NCBI GenBank assembly: GCA_965204545.1
Contig: CBDBFA010000003.1
Coordinates: 2,658,357 to 2,690,356, forward strand
Direction of reading: 5' to 3'
Origin: Opitutales bacterium
Lineage (GTDB): Bacteria > Verrucomicrobiota > Verrucomicrobiia > Opitutales > UBA2995
DNA length: 32,000 nucleotides
The notes under the pieces were generated by a model, which saw nothing but the letters and a program-made list of their open reading frames with translations, did not search any database and was not told where the DNA came from. Below are positions 29,482 to 32,000 of the stretch, piece by piece. Numbering within the stretch: the stretch's first letter is position 1; every line of letters starts with the position of its first letter. Position numbers and translations under genes: made by a program.

Positions 29482-30756
29482 TCAAGGCATGATTTCGGGG
29501 TTGTCTGAATAAGCCATGGGTTTGGGATCGAGCAATTTCACCAGGGCATCCTTGGCGGCGAATGCGCAGAAAAAGTTCCCCCGTGGATTGTAATGACCCA
29601 TAAAGAATTTTTTCAGGTAATCGTTAAAATCGATTTTGTAGTTCTCAGCATGATCCCATATGTGTTCCTGGGCCATATCGATTACCGGATGCGGTCTCTT
29701 TTTTAGAAAGTCCACAAAGGCTTTATCCCATCGTGGATTTTCTTCCCTTATCCGGGCAATTTTCCCGGCAGAGTAGGAGAGAATGTATAACAGCCTCTTG
29801 CCTGTTCGTTCGACATGGTCTTCGATTTTTTCGATCAATCGCATGGTGGAGTAGAAGGCCGCCTCGTCGTGCAGTGCCTCGGCCGCTTTTTCGAGGGTGG
29901 GGTATTGGTCTGCGCGAGTCCTGATTCCGTGGGTCGTGGCAAGATCCAACAGGTCTTTGTATTGTGCTTTCGGATTCGTTGTGTCCGCGTTCAAGTGAGC
30001 AAGCTCTATGCTCAAGGCAAAGTCGTCCTTGAAGCGATTGTAGACCCAGTCAAAATCACAGAGGTGCATCACACTTTCTTCGGTTGGGCATGGATTGGGC
30101 ATTTCTTTAAAGAGCCCGGTGGTCGGATTTACCACGAGATGGGGAAGGGTGGGCTCAATGAAGCGTTGGTGTTTGTTTACCCGGATATTTCTCCAGGCAT
30201 CCAGGTTTCGGGAATGATCGTCGTGATAGATGTTGAATATGATAACGTCAGACGGCGTCCTTTCCTCCTCCTTCAGCATGCGGAGGTAAGCCTGGTAAAC
30301 GGACCATCCGCCGATACCGAAATTGCGAACCGGTTCGTGAAGGTGAGCGGCTAGAACTTCCTGCCAGGTTTCTCCGTCGCTCACCTGGTGACATTGTGTA
30401 AAGCTGTCGCCATAGGTGTTTATCCGGCAAGGTTTTCCGGCGTAGTTTACCCGTATGCGGGGTCCGTCGTCTTTTTCATATCGGTATTGGGAAACCGAAT
30501 TATCCACCCCGTCCCTGAAATAGGCATCGGGCAGCAACCATCCGAACTCGGAACTGTATCTGGCAAAGGGAAAGGCCTCTCCCGCAAGCCAGGCTCTGAC
30601 TTCCCCGGGAGTATAAAGGATCGAACGAAGGTAGTTTTCGGCAGTAATTACCGCGTTCTTTTTGGTTTGGCCTCGGAGCTGTGCGGCAAGAATCAGACCC
30701 AAACCTGATGTAAGGGATTTCTTTACGAAGGTTCGACGTTTATAAGTTTGCGGCAT
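29482..30756 (-). CDS. Tat-signal SGNH/GDSL-like hydrolase (candidate carbohydrate esterase)
   Basis: 424 aa. The N-terminus is MPQTYKRRTFVKKSLTSGLGLILAA. The block I motif is NTYGDSFTQ (GDS), with GIGGWS and a C-terminal GHYNPRGN (block V-like His). The family call is tentative. Confidence 0.5.
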   Translation of the reverse strand: MPQTYKRRTFVKKSLTSGLGLILAAQLRGQTKKNAVITAENYLRSILYTPGEVRAWLAGEAFPFARYSSEFGWLLPDAYFRDGVDNSVSQYRYEKDDGPRIRVNYAGKPCRINTYGDSFTQCHQVSDGETWQEVLAAHLHEPVRNFGIGGWSVYQAYLRMLKEEERTPSDVIIFNIYHDDHSRNLDAWRNIRVNKHQRFIEPTLPHLVVNPTTGLFKEMPNPCPTEESVMHLCDFDWVYNRFKDDFALSIELAHLNADTTNPKAQYKDLLDLATTHGIRTRADQYPTLEKAAEALHDEAAFYSTMRLIEKIEDHVERTGKRLLYILSYSAGKIARIREENPRWDKAFVDFLKKRPHPVIDMAQEHIWDHAENYKIDFNDYLKKFFMGHYNPRGNFFCAFAAKDALVKLLDPKPMAYSDNPEIMP

Positions 30757-30777
30757 TTCCTGAGCTGAGTTTTGCCG

Positions 30778-30811
30778 AAAAAAACGCTCCGACGCAAGGG
30801 TCGGAGCGTTT
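30778..30811 (-). terminator. Rho-independent terminator after the TonB-dependent receptor gene
   Basis: On the minus strand the 10-bp stem ACGCTCCGAC/GTCGGAGCGT (plus-strand coordinates 30784-30793 and 30800-30809) has a 6-nt loop and is followed by a T7 run (plus-strand A-run 30778-30784). Confidence 0.75.
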
Positions 30812-30842
30812 GAACCAAAAGGTTAAAGAATCCTCTAAACTA

Positions 30843-32000
30843 TCACCAGTTGTAACGGATGCCGGCGCGAATATAGGAGCCGTAGAATTCACCGCGGCGC
30901 AGGCGTTGGGTGCCCCTGCCGTAAGTGCGAATCTTTTCGGCCTCGAATATGTTCTGCCAGTTCATGTAGATGGTGTAACTATCGCTGATGGCGTAACTGG
31001 CCTGAATGTCCGTATAGTCACGGGTGTCATCCCAGCGGTCCGAGTCCGCGCCGCCAGACAATTCGCGCAGGCTTTCGTCCTGAAAGTTGTAGGCGATACG
31101 CGCGGCCAATCCGTGCTTTTGGTAGTAGAAAGCTACGTTGTAAATGTTCTCCGGTTGACGGAAGAAGGGCAAGTCATCCTCCGTGCGGTCGAAGATGGTG
31201 ACATCGGAACTGATGAAGGTGGCGTTGACGTCCAGTCCGAAACCATCGAGGAAACCTTCTTCCAGAAAGCTGCTGAACGGAATTTGAGCGGCGAGTTCTA
31301 AACCGGTAATGGTTCCTTCATCGGCGTTTCTGAACTGGACCCTGGACAAAGATTCAAAGCCGATTCCATGCCGGGTGACATTTCTCAGATCTTCCGAAAA
31401 CTCGTAGATCGGGTTATCGATTTCCTTGTGGAAAAAGCCGGCGGAGAGCAGGCCTCCCGATTCGAGATAATGCTCGATGCCGAGTTCCAAGTTGATCGAC
31501 TCGTAGGGTGACAACTCCGGATTACCCAATTCGACTTCCCCGATAAAAGGAAAGGCGGGATCCAATTGGTCATCCGGATCCAGTTCTTCATACTCGAAGA
31601 CATTGTTGGGCGCGGCTTTTTCATAGGGAGGACGTCCAATGGTTCCGTTGATGGCAGTTCTCAGAATGGTGTTGGCGCCCATTTGATACCTGAATTGCAA
31701 GTTGGGAAGGAAATTACTGTAAGCGAAATCGCCTTCCGTTTCCACCAGGTTAAAGACATCCCCTTGGGCGGTTTCCCCTTCCTGGAATTCGAAGGATTTC
31801 AGACCGGCGTCGGTATCTTCCCAACGTACTCCAGCCAGGACGGTCATATTCTCCGAGGCCTGGATAGTGGCCATGAAGTAAAGAGCGAGAATATCTTCCG
31901 TGATGTCGTAATCGTCTTCCACGGAGTTTGAGGTGGATTCAACCGGATCCACCTCAAAGGAGCTGCGGTTGGCATTGAGGTAGTCCAACGCCTTCCTCAC
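30843..32000 (-). CDS. TonB-dependent receptor, C-terminal beta-barrel part (5' end beyond window)
   Basis: The frame is open to the window edge. Amphipathic beta-strand pattern is present, and the family-typical C-terminal sequence ...YIRAGIRYNW ends in an aromatic residue. TGA at 30843-30845. Confidence 0.75.
   Translation of the reverse strand: MRKALDYLNANRSSFEVDPVESTSNSVEDDYDITEDILALYFMATIQASENMTVLAGVRWEDTDAGLKSFEFQEGETAQGDVFNLVETEGDFAYSNFLPNLQFRYQMGANTILRTAINGTIGRPPYEKAAPNNVFEYEELDPDDQLDPAFPFIGEVELGNPELSPYESINLELGIEHYLESGGLLSAGFFHKEIDNPIYEFSEDLRNVTRHGIGFESLSRVQFRNADEGTITGLELAAQIPFSSFLEEGFLDGFGLDVNATFISSDVTIFDRTEDDLPFFRQPENIYNVAFYYQKHGLAARIAYNFQDESLRELSGGADSDRWDDTRDYTDIQASYAISDSYTIYMNWQNIFEAEKIRTYGRGTQRLRRGEFYGSYIRAGIRYNW

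Noticed and set aside
1-32000. Search for rRNA, tRNA, transposase, integrase, toxin-antitoxin or phage genes.
   Set aside because: I saw no cloverleaf-like sequences, rRNA-like segments or recognisable transposase, recombinase or phage motifs in any frame. The mobility hypotheses above therefore rest on repeats plus the GxxExxY gene only.

Overview
This 32-kb window has moderately high GC (about 55-60% by eye). It looks like a polysaccharide and sugar-acid utilisation locus of a PVC-type bacterium. Verrucomicrobiota-like is my guess from the protein types only; no search was run.

I support 20 CDS.
- A minus-strand operon runs 9077->3957: Na+/solute symporter, DHDPS-family aldolase, amidohydrolase-2 lactonase-like protein, PL22/Ogl-like beta-propeller.
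- A plus-strand block runs 9491->21941: beta-helix protein, HpcH/HpaI aldolase, second symporter, sulfatase, Fe-alcohol dehydrogenase, and two tandem LamG+propeller paralogs.
- The remaining CDS are a PhoD-like phosphatase, a DUF4143 AAA ATPase, two enolase-superfamily dehydratases (one with a Tat signal), an SGNH-type esterase, a TonB-dependent receptor fragment, a PmoA-like/FG-GAP fusion and a Gfo/Idh/MocA fragment.
- I saw no rRNA, tRNA, CRISPR array, transposase or integrase.

The unusual part is the non-coding DNA. Ten intergenic gaps (about 3.9 kb) are built almost entirely from a small vocabulary of short repeat 'words':
- the CTCTCGCAAAG/CGCCAAG box
- the GGCGCC-N3-4-GGCGCC hairpin followed by AATTAGGAAT
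- (N)CACAGAG arrays
- GATC-dense blocks
- (GGCACAAA)n and (GGAATGGT)n 8-mer arrays
- GGAGTGATGG
- GAAGG/ATGAAGG
- CACGGAT
- TGTAGGAG-type double hairpins

These words recur in a conserved order and often as nested inverted repeats.
- One pair of 37-bp inverted repeats exactly brackets a GxxExxY PD-(D/E)XK gene inserted inside the sugar operon.
- The same termini bracket an ORF-less 422-bp element.
- A 35-bp inverted repeat pair brackets a truncated four-helix-bundle gene remnant.
- Several words supply stop codons, C-terminal tails or start codons of neighbouring genes.

I rank this repeat and cassette system as the most interesting signal. Next come the tandem LamG-propeller paralogs and the apparently exported sugar-acid enzymes. 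All functional calls come from motif recognition by eye and need database confirmation.
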